A stretch of DNA of 64,000 bases. It comes from Octopus vulgaris. Taxonomy: Eukaryota. The stretch lies in the NCBI GenBank assembly GCA_951406725.2, contig OX597822.1:28272001-28336000 (forward strand), in the 5' to 3' direction. Under the pieces are notes generated by a model. It did no database searches and was not told where the DNA came from. It saw only the letters and a program-made list of their open reading frames with translations. Both the position numbers and the translations under genes were made by a program. Positions 12,241 through 25,471 of this stretch are shown here, piece after piece; positions within the stretch are counted from its first letter, which is position 1; the number at the start of each line of letters is the position of its first letter.

Positions 12241-14199
12241 ATGTTCCAGTACTCCAAGAATCTGCTACTCATCTTTATGATAGCTTTTGGCGACGAAGTC
12301 ATTCAACAGTCAAGTTGTTTTACAAAAATTCCTAAATGTAATCAAGCAATGTGTAGCAATTGTTCGTGTGATAAATATTGTTACCTGTATAATGAATGTT
12401 GCTTAGATTGGGTAAATCAAACTAATATAAATCAAAGAACATTGTCAACAGATTACAGTTGCAGGAAAATTGATGCTAATAACAGTTATTTCGTATTTGA
12501 CCGCTGCCCAAGCGACTATTCATTTACAGATCACGTTACTTACTGTGAAACACCAGACGAGAATGACCGATTATACAACATACCTGCTTTGGGAAAACAA
12601 ACTAAAAGACTTTACAGGAATTTGTTCTGTGCTCTGTGTAACGGAGAGGAATACATATTATGGACAGTTCACTACAAATGTAATCAGATGATGGATATAG
12701 ATTTGTCACTCTTCCCTGACAAGATACAGAATCACTGCCAAATATTGTTTGAAGCGCCATCAAACTATAAAGATTACAAATATAACTGTATTCATTACGT
12801 TGCAAAATGTCCTCCAGACGTTGCCAATGCATCCTTAGTTTCTTCGTGTATGTTTGGACCAATGGCTATTGTGAAATCAAATGGAACTAAATTTAGGAAT
12901 ACTCACTGCGCCATCTGCAACGGTTTTCATATTAATGATATTTTCTGTAATGTAACTATCGATGAAAGAACAACATATTTTACCCCGCAATACCCTCTAA
13001 CAATAATATTTAACTATAATGATAATAATTTTGAAGTTTCAAATATGCTCCAACGTAAACTTTATTCGAAACAATTACCCTCTTGTTCACAAGGATATTT
13101 TTACGATGAACAAAAGAAACGATGTCGGCATTTTCACTATAATTCTAGATTAAATTGTACAGCTAAAAGACTGGAAAAATCTGAATATTACATCACTAGT
13201 GATGGAGATCTTTACCTAAATGCTTCCAACATTCTACTCAACCAATCAGCATTCATTCATGATCCACAAGGTATAAGTATTTGTGTAAATAACAGAACAC
13301 ATGGGATGGGAAAATATTATACTTTTGCAAGCTATATCACGTTAGTAGGACTAGTGACATCTATTCCTGCTTTATTCATTACTATCATAGTTTATCTTTG
13401 TATACCTGATCTCCTTACATTACCAGGTAAACTTCTCATTAGCCTTTTATTATCATTGTTTACAGCAGAACTCCTGCTTCTTATCTCACCACAAGTTACA
13501 TCGAGTTCCTTGTGTACAACAATAGCTGTTCTCATGCATTATTTTTTCCTGGCGGCTTTCTTCTGGATGAATGTCATGTCATTTGATGCCTGGTACACTT
13601 TTTCAGGATTTACACCGCTTCGAAGTACAGAAAAAGACACAAAGAGACTTGTCTACTATTCTTTATATGCTTGGATATGTCCACTTATAATTGTGACAAT
13701 CTCACTCGTATTTCAATATGCACCCGGGAACCATGCACTCTCTCCAGAATATGGAAAAGGATTTTTTTGTTGGATTACAAATATAAAATCTCGATTGTGG
13801 CTCTTTGCAGTGCCGCTAATAATAATTTTGTTCCTTAATATATTGTCTTTCATACTCACTGCCAGGGGTCTCTATTTAGCAAGTAAAAACTCATCTAAAT
13901 ATCTGGAAGTAAAGAATAGGACGAAATTTAAGGTTTATTTTAAGCTAAGCCTTGTAATGGGCTTAACATGGATATTTAGCTTCTTTCCAAAATTGAATGA
14001 AATCGGTGTACTTTTTCTCATAGCCTGTATTTTAAATTCCTTCATTGGCTTAATAATTAGCATATCATTTTTATCAACGAAAATTGTAAGACGACATTTT
14101 CATCTTAAATGCTACCAAAGATATTACAAAAAGGAATGCAAACATACTGACATATATACCAGTTCTAACAAAACGCAGTCGACCAATGTACATATATAG
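12241..14199 (+). CDS. Secretin/adhesion-class (Methuselah-like) 7TM GPCR with somatomedin-B-like and Cys-rich ectodomain, 652 aa, intronless CDS
   Basis: Hydrophobic N-terminus, CSCDKYCYLYNECCLD, two RNxxCAxCNG repeats, seven hydrophobic helices with family-B motifs HYFFLAAFFWMNVMSFD, YAWICP, CWI, MGLTWIF. Confidence 0.93.
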   Translation: MFQYSKNLLLIFMIAFGDEVIQQSSCFTKIPKCNQAMCSNCSCDKYCYLYNECCLDWVNQTNINQRTLSTDYSCRKIDANNSYFVFDRCPSDYSFTDHVTYCETPDENDRLYNIPALGKQTKRLYRNLFCALCNGEEYILWTVHYKCNQMMDIDLSLFPDKIQNHCQILFEAPSNYKDYKYNCIHYVAKCPPDVANASLVSSCMFGPMAIVKSNGTKFRNTHCAICNGFHINDIFCNVTIDERTTYFTPQYPLTIIFNYNDNNFEVSNMLQRKLYSKQLPSCSQGYFYDEQKKRCRHFHYNSRLNCTAKRLEKSEYYITSDGDLYLNASNILLNQSAFIHDPQGISICVNNRTHGMGKYYTFASYITLVGLVTSIPALFITIIVYLCIPDLLTLPGKLLISLLLSLFTAELLLLISPQVTSSSLCTTIAVLMHYFFLAAFFWMNVMSFDAWYTFSGFTPLRSTEKDTKRLVYYSLYAWICPLIIVTISLVFQYAPGNHALSPEYGKGFFCWITNIKSRLWLFAVPLIIILFLNILSFILTARGLYLASKNSSKYLEVKNRTKFKVYFKLSLVMGLTWIFSFFPKLNEIGVLFLIACILNSFIGLIISISFLSTKIVRRHFHLKCYQRYYKKECKHTDIYTSSNKTQSTNVHI

Positions 14200-14236
14200 T
14201 ATTATTTATAAACGTATCCTAAACACTTTACGGGTT

Positions 14237-14310
14237 TAAATTAATACTCAGTCTATGGTTAAATTAATACTCAGTCTATGGTTAAATCTAGTCTATGGTT
14301 AAATCTAGTC
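14237..14310 (+). repeat. Short tandem repeat just after the GPCR stop codon
   Basis: (ttaaattaatactcagtctatgg)x2 then ttaaatctagtctatgg-ttaaatctagtc; copy at ~29177-29250. Confidence 0.8.
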
Positions 14311-14964
14311 CACAAATCGCGTACCGTCTTAAAGCAATGTGCTAACATCCATTATTCCTGCACTTTCTCCAAATACGTATGACATTCTCGTGCTGAGTTT
14401 TTCTTGTGAAAAGGCAATTAGTATATGCAATATATCCAACAATTACGGGTGGACGCATTAATTTCGAAATAGTATATCCTGACGATACATGAATTTCTCT
14501 TTATCTCTCTTTTTCTGTCTCGCACCTTCTCGCTCTCTTATTCCCCCTTCTCTTTATCTCACCCCCTCTCACTCTGCTCCATTTTCATTTCAAATCACAG
14601 AGAAGGTGGCCTTGAAAATCAACGTTTAGCAGAAAACTGCCTGCAAGGTTTTATTTCTGCACTACAAATTCCCATTACCTCCCAGATCTAATACTGATTA
14701 CGTATGATAAAACTGCCAAAACCCAAAATTCCAAAGCATGGTAATATTCAACGTCTCCCCAACATCTTTTACTAGAGAGCGTCTAGATAATATTGGTTTA
14801 CCACAAAGCTAGCAATTTTCGTTGAAATACGCTGTCTTTTATTTCAATTAATTTCAAAACTAAAGATTGGTCGGATTTTATTGATCACGTGTGCGATATT
14901 CTAGCGAATCGTGAGGCAATACTGAAAATACTCTGCCGGTTCACTACCTTCGTCTATGTTATAT

Positions 14965-15192
14965 TATTGGTTTCAAATGTTGGCACAAGGCTGGCAGTTT
15001 CGTGAGAGAAGTTAGATAGATTGCATCGACCCCTGTGTTTAATGGATTATTTTATTGATTATTTTATTGTCCCCCAAAGGAATGAAAGGCAAAGTTGACC
15101 CCGGCCGCATTTGAGCCCAAAATGTAAAGACTAACGAAATGCTGCTAAGTTTTTGCCCGATGTTTTAACGATTCTGCTGGTTAGCCGCCTTC
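14965..15192 (-). mobile_element. Degenerate tRNA-derived SINE
   Basis: Reverse-complement similarity to 15350-15563 and to the head/core of 36052-36279; copy at ~29906-30133. Confidence 0.65.
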
Positions 15193-15349
15193 TTGTATGT
15201 TATGGTACTCAAGTTCAAGAAAAGTTTCTTATCCAAAATAGCTAAAACATCATTGCAAATATCTTGAAGTTAGCTATGGTTACCTTTAAAACACTCTAGA
15301 TTCTCAAGTTAAAGAAAAGTTTCTTATGGTATTAGCCAGATATTTTAAG

Positions 15350-15563
15350 CAACCAGCTGGCAAATCCGTGGGCACGCCGGGCAAAATGCTTAACGGCATT
15401 TTGTCTGTGTTTACGTTCTGAGTTCAAACTCTGCCGAGGTCAACTTTATCTTTCATCCTTTCTGAGTCGATAAAATAAGTAACAGTTGAACACTGGGGTC
15501 GATGTAATTGACTTGCTCCGCTCCTGAAATTGCTGGCCTTGAGCCAAAATTTGAAACCAGTAT
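15350..15563 (+). mobile_element. Degenerate tRNA-derived SINE
   Basis: gcacgccgggcaaaatgctt...gagttcaaact (B-box-like)...ctttcatcctttc...gtcgataaaataagt core; copy at ~30291-30504. Confidence 0.7.
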
Positions 15564-16977
15564 CATAACATGGTTCTTTAGACGTCCTACAATCACTTCC
15601 TATCAGCTCTCTACAATGAAGGTTGGATATATAGCTAGTACATACTGAATTTTCCCGAGAAAACCCTTCTCTAGTAAGCGCCTCCAACACAGCAGCAACA
15701 TTTGTAAGTTAGCCTACTAACCCATTCGCAATGTGCACATGTGTTTATGTGCCTTCGTATTATATTTCTCATAAATATGGAGATTTTACATTGGTAGCAC
15801 TATCCACAACCTACACGTTCGAATTAAATACAAATACCTCCTTTGTCAAAAAATTCTGGAAAAATGCCATAACATAGAGATAAGGGCGGTTACCAAAGCC
15901 ACAAAATGAAATATTTGAAATCTGAGGAGTAAACAAATCATTTTGATTTAAAAAGCAAAACGTTAACCAGTCTTATTAATGGTAGAATTATCTAAACTAC
16001 ACTGATTGGCTGATTTCATTAACACAAAAAGTCAGCATCTTCCACAAATTCTCCCCAAGATTTTAGCGTCCAAAATGTAACTGATTCCTTATTTTAACCT
16101 GTTATGATTTTGAATCTTCTGATAATTTGGAAATTGATTTTTAAATCTACAAGGCTATCAGCTGAAAATGGGTAGATATAAAATTGGCTTACTTAATCAG
16201 AAACTTTCCTGCAGAAATTACTAACAAAAAGACATTTTTTCGACCAGAGAGACTTAAATGTGGCGGCCAATTTCACCATTCACGATACACGCATGCGAGA
16301 TCCATTTCACTAAATGAAATATCTACTATCCCGGACGTATAGTTCAGGAGCTTCTATATTCGAATACAAAAGCGCTTCCCCACATGGGCATATCCTTCAA
16401 AAATCACTGCAACACATATAGCCACGGGAAAATGGACATTGCTATCAGCATCAAATTCGCATAAGTAATTTGGAAATGAAAAGAGCATATACAAATTATT
16501 AATAACCTACACGAATTGGATAACATTCACTGGCTACTTTAGCAAATTTGGTTGATCATCGTGCGTACCTGTACTTAAAACCAATAACTTTTCTCTATGT
16601 CATAGCAGCATACTTAAGCTAACAGCATATTGGACACAGATTGAACGCAAACTTTTGCAATTTTACAACTCAACACATGCTTTCTTTGAATTTTGTTCAC
16701 ACAACGCCGCGAGGCTAACTCAAGCTGACAATTATTTTCTCTCTTTATTTTGTCTTCGTGTACATTTGGAAAGAGTTATTCTATCAAGATTATTAAACAT
16801 CTTTAAGGTAATGATTCAAAAGTTTTGTTTTTTTCATTTGTAGTTATTCTCCTATATACTGCCACATTCGAACACGCAAACACATATATATATGTGTGTG
16901 TGTGTAAGTATATACACATATAGGTGTGTGTGCATTTGTGTGAGTGTGTGTGTTAGTGTGTGGTTATGTGTATATGT

Positions 16978-17013
<36 letters not shown>

Positions 17014-17265
17014 ATGCGTGTGCCTGAGTAAGTGAATATGCATTTATTTTATCAAATACATGTTAAATTATCTGTAACATACAACTTTGTAACAAAATGT
17101 TGGTTTCTCACAAATTTAATTACTTGAATGCAATCGAATGTACATTATGCATTGCACGAGCACGCGTGTATGTGTATAGAAACATATAATTCTTGATGTC
17201 TAAAACGTACCAAAAGTTATATTTCGTTACAATCACATTCGGAGTCAACAATAACGAAATGTTTA

Positions 17266-17649
17266 TCTCTATATATAAACGGCAGTTTGTCTGTGTGTGT
17301 TTCTGTGTGTCTGTTTGGTTGTACCCTCACCCTGACCACGGCTTTCAACCGATTCTGATGAAACTTGACACACACATAGCCCAATGTCATAATTCAAAAC
17401 TAACGCAGCGAAAATTTTGAAAAGTTCCCCCAGTTCTGAAAAAAATCGATAAATTCGACATGGGGTCGAGAATCAGAAACCCAAACCACAGACCGTCTAG
17501 GGGACGCAACTCCACCTTTTTTAACTCTCAAAAAAAATTTACCATCATTTTTTTTCCATTTTTTTTGCTAATTTTTGGCTATAACTCTCTAAAAATGCTT
17601 TATAGTTATTTCCCTTACAAACCTGAGCAACGCCGGGCGATACTGCTAG
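17266..17649 (+). mobile_element. Non-autonomous Helitron, junction copy
   Basis: Same termini as 1091-1472 (a^TC...CTAG^t); different left flank, same right flank. Confidence 0.8.
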
Positions 17650-18887
17650 TGTATAAATATATATAAGTCAATTACATTGATTGAATATCTTCATTTATGC
17701 GTTCGAGAATCTGTTTGACTACGTAGGATTTGAGTTTTCAATTTCCCCCTTTACATATATATATATATATATATATACAGAGAGATACACGTCTATGTAA
17801 CAGCCTACTATCAAATCTACATGTGTATGTATAAACTGTGGGTATTGGGTTATCCCTACCTCCTACGTATATCTCCGATTATTGGGGATGTTTCATTTAT
17901 GAAGACGTACTCCTGTATTTGTCTAAGTGTTGGGTCCTTCGGTTGCTTGGATAAAATGCGGCTGTCAAGTCGACCCCGTGTGCTTCCATGTTGGTCTTTG
18001 GCATGTTGGTAGAGTACTGAGGACTGCTTTTGTCGTCATATTGTGTCAATATGACGACAAATTGTATCCAAAAACATAGCCGTAAATTTTTTACAGGTAT
18101 GTTTTTGGATAAATATTAATTAGCTCTATTTACGAAATCACAAGCACTATCATTCCTCTGAAGTTATTGCCGAGTCTTGTTATACTTAAGTACTAGTTTT
18201 ATTATTATTTATACACCCTGGTACCCCTAGGAAAACGATTAACCCACCAATTATTTTTGTAGATTATTTGCTAGTTTACTATTTTTGCCCATCGACTCAA
18301 GCTTTATACTGCAAAATGGTATGATTCGAATTTATTGGGCCTTCTTTCTGAATCTCGAGGACCTGTTCTTTCCTCTTCCCTCTTCTTTTAGTATTCGTAT
18401 TCGCTCTGATGAAGCTGCATGTAGTAGATCGGATTTGCTATAAAGATGACGAATATTATTTTCATAATTTTCCTTGGAGGCACCGACTGACATTGGTACT
18501 GAAACGGCTATAAGCAATGTAAAAGTTTTGTATTAAAAAATGATTAACCGATGTTGGTCAATTTGTTTGCTTCTTGCTTAAAAGCTTTCAACATTTTCTG
18601 CATATTTTAAATTTGATTCATGATAAAAGCTTGTTTATTCTGGTATTTCCTGTACCATATGAACATAGTGTGCTTACATACCCATGCCCAGGGCTAATGT
18701 AGGTAATTGATACCGGGAATAAGAACGCATATTCTAATCCGTTAGACGGACGGTTACTCCAGCTGCTAACTCTACTTACCTCATATATATACCACATATA
18801 TATGTGTGTGTGCGTGTGTGCGTGTGCATAACATATATGTATATATGTATATATATATATGCATGTGTGTGTATATATATATATATA

Positions 18888-19671
18888 CTAGCTTAAAAGC
18901 CGCCCTATCGGGTGGCTGTTACGCTAGCTTCTGTGGAGGGCTCTTCATTAGACCTTGAGCACTACAAAGACACTTCATGCATTGAGTACATATTAAATTT
19001 TATTAAACTTGAATATTTCTCAAGCAATGAACACTTTTCATCAAAACAATGATATAATTTGTCGACTTGGAACTTATTGCGAGGCTGCATGATAAACAAC
19101 AGTACCATCTCCATCGCCATCAGATCTACCATATACACCATTCAGACGTCTGACGCCACCATCATCAATACCTTTGACTTCGCCGCCTTCCCTTCCACCA
19201 TCCTCACCTCTGTCTTTCAAATCGCTTACTCTCACCGTAATTCCTCACTGCCTCGACTACCACCAACACCACCATAATTACCGCTGCATCCGTCTCTATC
19301 ACAACTACAGCTCATACTATTACTATCATCCCATTACCATTAGTTCAGCATTCTGATTCAGTGTTCAGTCCCTCTTTCTATCACATACCCATGCATTCTC
19401 TCTCTTATTATTACCCCCACTGGCATCACCAACACTGCTACTTTTAATAAAACATCATCAACTCTCTCTAAGCTTCCTTGTCTCTATCTCTCTCTCTCTT
19501 TTTCTTTTCTCTCTCTTTCTCTGTCTGTCTTAGCCATCACCCTCATCTTCTTTATGCCTCTGTTATTACTCTCACTCCAGCACGAAGATTACTAGTAGTA
19601 TCATTGAATAGTGAGAGACGGGTGTCAAAGTGTGACACACAGACACACAGAAATTAGTTTTCGCATTTATC

Positions 19672-19675
<4 letters not shown>
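18888..19675 (-). mobile_element. Non-autonomous Helitron (duplicate of 2711-3500)
   Basis: Copy within the duplication. Confidence 0.6.
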
Positions 19676-19706
<31 letters not shown>

Positions 19707-19743
19707 AATGAAATACAATGAAAAACAGGACACAAAGGATGTC

Positions 19744-19836
19744 GCGGTACATATGTTTCGAGCTTTATAGAATAACTTATTCTTACATCAATGCATAATC
19801 GACATAACAGATAGTTCAAAAGCCCTCTTCAGCCCC
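19744..19836 (-). ncRNA. Type-I hammerhead motif (duplicate of 3569-3661)
   Basis: Identical copy in duplication B. Confidence 0.65.
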
Positions 19837-20664
19837 ATGCAATTGCTAAACCAAAAACTTGTACCACATTATGAAAGGTTTGAGATAAAACAGTTGGTAT
19901 TGTTTATAATGGTAGGTAAACCGAGTATCACCGGGAAAGTATGATTGTAAATCTTCATAATCAAGTAGGCGTACATGGTATTATTAGACTCCAAAAAATC
20001 GTCCATACCGTTTTCTCACTCAATATAGAGTGAATACTGGGTAGATTCCGGTTGGGTTTATTCTTCTTGTAAGGGAAGGAATTGGATGTTGAGAGAAAGA
20101 GAAAAAGGGGAAAAGAGGGGAGGGGGAGGAAACGTTAATGAAGTTGGGATGACAAAAAATATATATATAACTATAAAGGATAATAAAATATAAAATATAA
20201 TAAAATTAAAGATGTAAAAATGTAAATATATAAAGATATAAATAACGTCAGGTATAGGGTCATAAATTCTAGAAATGTATTGTGAAAGTGTAAAAGGTAC
20301 AAAAAATAAAGAGTAAAAAATAAAAATAACAAAAATAAAGATAAAATGAGATAAAGATAAAAAGATACAAAAGTAAACAAAGCGGTCGTAAAGGCAAAAG
20401 GATTAAGATAGAGAGATAATGGGTTAAAATTCTGAAGCTGTGGAGAGCGTCGTAAATTACTTTTGATTATCGGGGGCGCGGAAGAGGAGTGAAATATGAT
20501 ATAGTTGAGGCGAGTGGTCAGTTTATAGCAGTCCCACGTTACATGCTTTAAGCCTATCTTGTGTGTCTACATACTTACCCACTCTCACATATATAAACCT
20601 GTCTCCTGCAACTAGGGATATGTCCGGATGTTGGTATCATTACACACCCTATGTCATCCTCAAT

Positions 20665-20743
<79 letters not shown>

Positions 20744-21096
20744 TATACATATATATATATATATACGTACATATACACACACACACACACATATATATAT
20801 ACGTACACACACATGCATATACACATACATACATATACCTACATATACATATATATACATGCACACATATATATACATATACTTACATATATACACATAT
20901 ACACATTTTCAAACACATACATATGCTCCCACCTATATACACATACATATACAAAAGTACACATATGCATACGCGACGTATCCATAGATACAAGTATACG
21001 CACACATACATGCACACATATGTACATATCTACATATCTACATGCCTATACATTCTCGAATCTATATATATATATATATATATACTTATGCATAGG

Positions 21097-21160
<64 letters not shown>

Positions 21161-21654
21161 CAACTACATACACACTTATATGCATACATACAATCATACA
21201 TACGTACCCACCAATCACTGGAACTGTAAAAATCGGTCAGACTTTCCAGAAGATTTAGGTATATATGCATGAAAATACATACATAAAACAAAACATTCAC
21301 ATTCTGATGTTGTTGAAACTCCAATGAAAGAGACTTGGATCTAGGTTAGAAGCAGTGTGTGGATCAAAAGACATTTTAAGATCCAGAAAGGTCGGAACTT
21401 ATCTGCAGTTCTTGGTGTTCCAAATCGGCTATTCAATGTATGTGGATGTCTTTTCAGAACATTGTCTGGTTTAAAAAGACCACAACAGATGCCATGATGG
21501 TTCGAAGATATAGGTACAGGAGGTGATTAAACTCTGCATAAGGAGTAGACAACCACCATATATGTATATGTATATGTATGTATATATATATATGTATGTA
21601 TATATATATATATGTATATATATATATGTATGTATATATATATGTATATGTATG

Positions 21655-21685
<31 letters not shown>

Positions 21686-22237
21686 GTATATGTATACATG
21701 TATATATATATATATATATATTCGTTTACTTATTTCAGTCATCTGACTGCGACAAGCCTTGAAAGGTTTGCAAATCAATACCTAGACTTACGTTTTAAAG
21801 CCTTGTACTTACTCTATCGGCTTCTTCGCCGAACCGCTAAGTTAATAGGAGGTAAGCACACCGACACCGGTTGTAGAGCGATGGTGGGAGACAAACAGGG
21901 ATACAAAGACAAACACAAACTCATACATATATATATGTATGTATATATGTATGTATATATGTATGTATATATGTGAGTGTTTGTGTGTGTGTATATGTGT
22001 GTGTATGCGTGTGTGTGTGTATATCAAAAGAGTTTGATTCAAATTCGTTGGTTCTCTTAAGGTTGAAGCGTGATTCTTGTCGTCAAATTGTTATTTTTTA
22101 TCCAAGCATATAACTACTATTAAGTTGGTTGAGTACCCTCCTTTCATTTGTCCACTCACTCGTATATAAAAACCCGAAACCATGTGGTTGGTAAGCAAGC
22201 TTATTACGACGCATCCACGCCTGCAAATATATTTATT

Positions 22238-22578
22238 TACAAGGGGAAGGTCGAAATTTTGGATTTTGACTACATTTAATATGAATTTGTACCAATTTTC
22301 GTAACCTGTTCTATCTTCGGAAGCTTTTGTCACTAAATTGATAGCATGCTCAACTCCTTGGCTATGATAGGGAAGAGGTATTGCTGTTAATGGGCCTGAA
22401 TGAGTTTTAAGAAGATCAACATTTGTAAAGTTCCGTAAAACTGGAGGGGATGTTATAACTTAATTTTCCCAGTTAATCAAATCAACTTAATCCTGTGCTT
22501 CAAAATTAATTTTGCTTGGCATTTTGAAATGTCTTAATTCTTCACAAAGCATTCGGAGAAAAGTTCTCCGAAGCACTC
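22238..22578 (-). mobile_element. hAT-type transposase relic (duplicate)
   Basis: Copy of 7310-7650. Confidence 0.6.
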
Positions 22579-22821
22579 GAATTCACTTTACTACCAAGAT
22601 ATGTAAATGACTTCACATAATTTAGGTTTTTCCCATCAACCTGTATAGGAATGTCAGAGAAATTGTGAAACGGTGTTATGATCAAATTCTAACGTTAGTG
22701 TCATGATACGATCAGAAATACCTTTGGGTAGAAAAAGAAGGAATCTGGCTATTTCTGTCTTGATGGCAAACCAACACCAGACCAGCGAAGTTCGTCCTCA
22801 CTTCTTCCACGCGTAGAAAAT

Positions 22822-23124
22822 TACGCACTAACCTGCTCTGGGTGTCAAGAGCAATACATTGGCCAAACAAAAAACAGTCTACGTAAAAGAATGGCTCTGC
22901 TCAGATCCCAGATCAAAACTCTCCAAAACAGAAAAATAGCATTCAGCCGACACATCGACATTTGCGCCAATAACAAAAATCCAAGCTTCAGAAATTTTCC
23001 ACTCTACCAATTCAGAGACGATAGAACCTATAGCCAACAAATTAGTAAAGAGACTCTCTTTATTACAAAATGCAGACCCCTTTTGAACGCGTCTACAACC
23101 AGTCCCTTTTATCATTATAGCTGA
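22822..23124 (+). mobile_element. Penelope-like GIY-YIG fragment (duplicate)
   Basis: Copy of 7894-8196. Confidence 0.8.
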
Positions 23125-24396
23125 ACCATCCGACAGAAGAGAAAAAGAAGTGAAGTGACATGTTTATTAGTAGAAATTATACAATTTTACAATTTTAAAT
23201 ATTTGAATGGCTTCCTTACTTTTTCTGCATATATTACCCAGTGTCTACATCATGTTTTATGATAATGTATGAATCACTTAGATATTTATATCTAAGTGAT
23301 TCAAGTAGCGCTGAATGTTCTTTTCCATAACCCATTTTGAAGTTGTTGGCAATTCATTAGCATGGTAACAGGTAGAGTTGGTTTTCATATAGGCTGTAGC
23401 ATTATTGTTAACAAGATGACAATGGAATGCGTAGTTAGGAGTTTTGCATATAAATTTTCTATCGTCTGAACAAACAGAGTCGTTTCCGTAATTATTATCA
23501 TAGAAGCGTTAAAATTCGAAAAAAAAATGTCACCTAATAAAATATATATTCTACTTTATACATAGCGCAATTGCCTCTCCGACTATAAATACAAACGTTC
23601 ACCAATCCAACCTCCTTTCATCCACCACCAGCCGCCACAGATTCTCACCAAGTCTGACCTACCACAAACCGCCTTTTCTTCTACTATACCAATTTGTTAT
23701 CCTTTTACTTTAACCTCAAATGTACTACCCTATTTCGCCTTTTGACTTTTCTGCCACTTGCCGCTTATTCCCAAATTCACTTTTGCTTTAAAAGTAGCCG
23801 CGACAACCGTGTCTTATTGTTTAGTAACTCTTTCTCCACCATACCTGTCTCAAACCAATCCTGACCTATAATTTCTCGTTACAGCTACTCACTGAAACCA
23901 TCAACCCCACTGTTATTATCAAGAATCATTCCATTTTACATCACTATTTCTTTTAGCTACACCTCTACAAGCCTCGTCTATTGCTTTTTTACGTTTCGAA
24001 CAGTTTTGTCGATGTCTATCCGACTGCTTCTCGGAGCACATACGAGATATCCAGCTCAACAATGAGCCACCCACTCTCTGTCAATTTCGATCGCGTTTTG
24101 CTCCAATTTCGATCGATTTTTGCTCATCGAATCACCACCGAACACTCGCCACCACAGAAAGAGAAAAGGAGTTTCTCTTCCCTTCAAACTTCTGCCTCTT
24201 CACATTGTCTCAATTTGCACATACTTTATCTGTAACATACTTTCCATATCAACTTACACATATATATCATAGTCACCTACAGACAAGCACCACACATGCA
24301 AAACTAACACACAGACATTCCACGTCCACAGCACAAATGCTAATCTCGCATACACACACACACACACATGAATATATATGTATATATATGTATGTG

Positions 24397-24444
<48 letters not shown>

Positions 24445-24539
24445 AGAACACACACTCACACACATGTATATGTATATATCTATCAATCTATCTAACTATA
24501 TATATATATATATTTATATATATATAGCAATATATCTAA

Positions 24540-24596
<57 letters not shown>

Positions 24597-25233
24597 AGAA
24601 CACGCATGCACACACACACACACACACAAATACCGTTAAAATACCAGTCAACACCAACTCAAAAAGGCAACGCATAAAAAAATTCACTCACAAAATACCA
24701 ACAACACACACAAATAATTCAGGAAACAAGTTGAGAAAGAAAAAAAAAGCAATAAGAACCGAAACATATTCGGCAGAGTAACTAAGCTACAAAAACGACA
24801 GAGATCAACTATCAACTATTAAAGAAAACAAATCACTTTTAAACATGCTAACTGCAGTAACAGAAATTCACAGAACCGTACTGTAAAGCAGCAAACCGCA
24901 TTAGTAATACTGCGCACAGTATACCCCTTGTATTGAAGGAGCATAATACAAATACTTTTACAAGGCAAAACACCCCGCTAGGTTTAGATAATTTTATTTA
25001 ATACAGCTTCGTCTTAGAGTGTCTTACCCATCAATGACCATAAATGAAGGATTACAGACGTTTTGTTGCAATAATATTATAAAGATTCACCAAATAAAAG
25101 ATTCACCAAATAAAAATACCACACACGGATACAAGATAGAACATAAGACTCATTATATATATACATTATTTACATTATTTACATTATTTTTATTATTTCC
25201 ATTTGACGGATATTTGTCCTCGTCTTTGTTGTT

Positions 25234-25279
25234 AACACAACGTTTCGGTTGATATACCCTCCATCCTTCATCAGGTGTC
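25234..25279 (-). ncRNA. Minimal hammerhead motif (duplicate of 10316-10361)
   Basis: Identical copy. Confidence 0.65.
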
Positions 25280-25408
25280 TTGGGGGTATATCAGCTGGAG
25301 GGTATATCAGCCGAAACGTTGTGTTAACAACAAACAAGATGAAGACAAATATCCGTCAAATGTAAATAATGCAAAACATGTACATAATTCCTCATCTCTT
25401 AAATATAG

Positions 25409-25471
<63 letters not shown>

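Noticed and set aside
14237-14310. CRISPR-like array
   Set aside because: Direct tandem repeats without unique spacers, in a eukaryotic context with no cas genes
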